Source: Candidatus Lindowbacteria bacterium RIFCSPLOWO2_12_FULL_62_27
Lineage (GTDB): Bacteria; Lindowbacteria; 2-12-FULL-62-27
Direction: 5' to 3'
Length of the DNA: 20,000 nt
Assembly (NCBI GenBank): GCA_001784175.1
Contig: MFPR01000019.1
Span: forward strand, 51,994 to 71,993
The notes under the pieces were generated by a model, which worked only from the letters and a program-made list of their open reading frames with translations, was not told the DNA's origin and searched no databases. Positions 18,350 through 20,000 of this stretch are shown here, in pieces. The translations under genes were made by a program, and so were the position numbers. How positions within the stretch are numbered: the stretch's first letter is position 1; every line of letters begins with the position of its first letter.

Positions 18350-19575
18350 GAGCGACCCCGCGGCAGGCGCAAGGCTCATCCATGGCGCACGGGATGATTG
18401 CGCTACTGCTGCTCCTCGTGTCGGCCATGCCGGCGCTTGCCGCGGGGACTGCAAGTCAGACGAGCATCGTCAACGGCGTGTTTACGCCGGGCGACACCGT
18501 TCCGCAGTCGGCGGGCAAACTGTCGATCGCGTACAAGGTTTCGGCCAACACATCGGATTCCCGATATTCCGGATTCACGTCGGCCGGCGTCACCCTCACG
18601 GTCGACACGGGCTACGACGTCGCGTCGATCGGCGCGCCGTCGGATTCGCGGGTGTCGATCGGCGAAACGGCGAGCTACGCGTACTGGATCAAGAACGCGG
18701 GCAACGCGACGTTGCGGATTTACTTCGACTCCGCGGGTCATCCGTCGAGCCAGGGGGATTCGGGGCCGGCGGCGAGCAGTACGAACTGGAACTTCACGGG
18801 CAGTTACAAGGTCTACACCGACTCGAACGACAACGGCCTGTGGAACACCGGCGACACCATCATCGGCCCGTATCAGGGCGCAAGCAATTACATCCAACTG
18901 GCGGCAGAGGCGTCCGACACGGTCGTTCTGGTCGTGGTCGTCCCGACCGACGCCAACGACGGCGAGACGACGGCGGCCTTCATTCTGGTGACGAACCGCG
19001 CGCCGGTCGGCAACGGCTCGACGACCGGCGACGGCTGGCAGGACAGCGTGCCGTACACGAGCGCGGAGCGGGACACGCAGTACGACACGACGGTGACGAC
19101 CGTGGTCGGCCCGAACGTGTTTGTCGACAAGACGATGTCCGAGGAGACGTCGGGCCGGTCCCGGCCGGGCGATACGCTGATCATCAACATCACGTTTGAC
19201 AACGACGGCGGCGACACCGCGCGCGGCGTGGAGATCATGGACGCGATTCCGAACAACACGCGGTACGTGCGCAATTCGGCGGACAGCGGGATTTATCTTG
19301 GCAACCGGGCCCAGACGGCGACGTCGTACGGGGATTCGGACATCACGGTGACGTTTGACACGGACGCGCCGGGCGCGGAGCTGGACTTCAAGGACACGGA
19401 GGGCCACCAGTCGGACACGGCGCCGACGACAGGCGCGCGGCAGGCAGTGCGCGCGATCCGGTGGTCGCTGGAGACGTCGCTGGGAGAGAACAACGGCGAC
19501 GCGAAGGGGACCGTGAATTTCAACGACGGCGTCTACGACAACGGGCGCGTGGCGTACCGGGTGGTTATTCAGTGA
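18346..19575 (+). CDS. Secreted DUF11-type protein (putative fibre subunit): N-terminal AGTAS..SIVNG segment, central Ig-like domain, C-terminal truncated DUF11
   Basis: ATGA overlap with the upstream stop (alternative start at 18382). Signal peptide ...IALLLLLVSAMPALA|AGT. Ig-like segment GETASYAYWIKNAGNA. DUF11 segment PNVFVDKTM...RPGDTLIINITFDNDGGDTARGVEIMDAIPNNTRYV...GRVAYRVVIQ-stop. Confidence 0.88.
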   Translation: MRATPRQAQGSSMAHGMIALLLLLVSAMPALAAGTASQTSIVNGVFTPGDTVPQSAGKLSIAYKVSANTSDSRYSGFTSAGVTLTVDTGYDVASIGAPSDSRVSIGETASYAYWIKNAGNATLRIYFDSAGHPSSQGDSGPAASSTNWNFTGSYKVYTDSNDNGLWNTGDTIIGPYQGASNYIQLAAEASDTVVLVVVVPTDANDGETTAAFILVTNRAPVGNGSTTGDGWQDSVPYTSAERDTQYDTTVTTVVGPNVFVDKTMSEETSGRSRPGDTLIINITFDNDGGDTARGVEIMDAIPNNTRYVRNSADSGIYLGNRAQTATSYGDSDITVTFDTDAPGAELDFKDTEGHQSDTAPTTGARQAVRAIRWSLETSLGENNGDAKGTVNFNDGVYDNGRVAYRVVIQ

Positions 19576-19642
19576 TGAGTAAGAAGGAGCAATCAAACAT
19601 AGATCGGTGGACGGAACACGAGTGTTCCGGAGCAATGTGCCT

Positions 19643-19650
19643 AAAGGAGG
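19643..19650 (+). promoter_or_regulatory. Strong Shine-Dalgarno sequence AAAGGAGG
   Basis: Lies 8 nt upstream of the ATG at 19659. Confidence 0.85.
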
Positions 19651-19658
19651 CAATGAAC

Positions 19659-20000
19659 ATGAACGGAGCAATGAAAAGTTTGGTTCTGATGCTCGCGTTG
19701 GTTCTGGTCGGATTCATGGCGGGAAGCGCCATGGCGGCCGGTACGGCGAGCACGGACAGCATCACGAACGGAGTATTTGTGACAGGCGACACGGAGCCGC
19801 AGGCGAGGGGCGAGGTGTCGGTGGGGTACATGAAATCGTCGAACAGCACGGACTCGGCGTTCAAAGGGCCGTCGACGGTTGCGCAGGTGTCCGTGGACAC
19901 AGGGTATGACTTGGCGCTGATCGGGACGCCGCAGGACACGCGGTGGGCAATGGGCGAGACGGCGAGCTACCCGTACTACATCGAGAACAAGGGGAACGCG
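19659..20000 (+). CDS. Secreted paralog of the 18346..19575 protein, truncated by the window end (not in the ORF track)
   Basis: Manual translation: MNGAMKSLVLMLALVLVGFMAGSAMA|AGTASTDSITNGVFVTGDTEPQARGEVSVGYMKSSNSTDSAFKGPSTVAQVSVDTGYDLALIGTPQDTRWAMGETASYPYYIENKGNA... It aligns collinearly with AGTASQTSIVNGVFTPGDTVPQSAG...VDTGYDVASIGAP...GETASYAYWIKNAGNA and has a strong SD. Confidence 0.9.
   Translation, partial: MNGAMKSLVLMLALVLVGFMAGSAMAAGTASTDSITNGVFVTGDTEPQARGEVSVGYMKSSNSTDSAFKGPSTVAQVSVDTGYDLALIGTPQDTRWAMGETASYPYYIENKGNA

Noticed and set aside
17159-19939. ORFs 17159..18454 (-), 18403..19671 (-), 19565..19939 (-) and 19607..19909 (+)
   Set aside because: They are antisense or out-of-frame shadows of three CDSs supported by signal peptides, domain motifs, SD or paralogy.

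Overview
GC-rich bacterial window. Most of it is a co-directional (+) cluster of secreted proteins. (i) A giant acidic, Thr/Ser/Asp-rich surface protein of about 5,500 aa (567-17078), built from 4 lamin-tail (LTD) domains, 7 DOMON/CBM9-like modules, many Fn3/Ig-like repeats and a C-terminal DUF11-type domain. (ii) A basic secreted Fn3-Fn3-discoidin (F5/8C-like) protein. (iii) Two paralogous secreted proteins with a mature N-terminus 'AGTAS..SI.NG'; the second runs off the window end and is missing from the ORF track. A small coiled-coil gene is transcribed divergently from a good sigma70-like promoter. Two kinds of palindromic intergenic elements flank the giant gene. The main hypothesis: the DUF11 domains of the giant protein and the first small paralog stop before the Asn-bearing final strands, and the small paralogs carry such strands at their N-termini. 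This suggests a sortase-independent, strand-complemented, possibly isopeptide-crosslinked fibre tipped by a giant adhesin. The giant protein and the complete small paralog are also strongly enriched in Asp-Ser/Thr dipeptides, a possible O-glycosylation signature. All domain calls come from motif recognition by eye, not from HMM searches, and domain boundaries are approximate.
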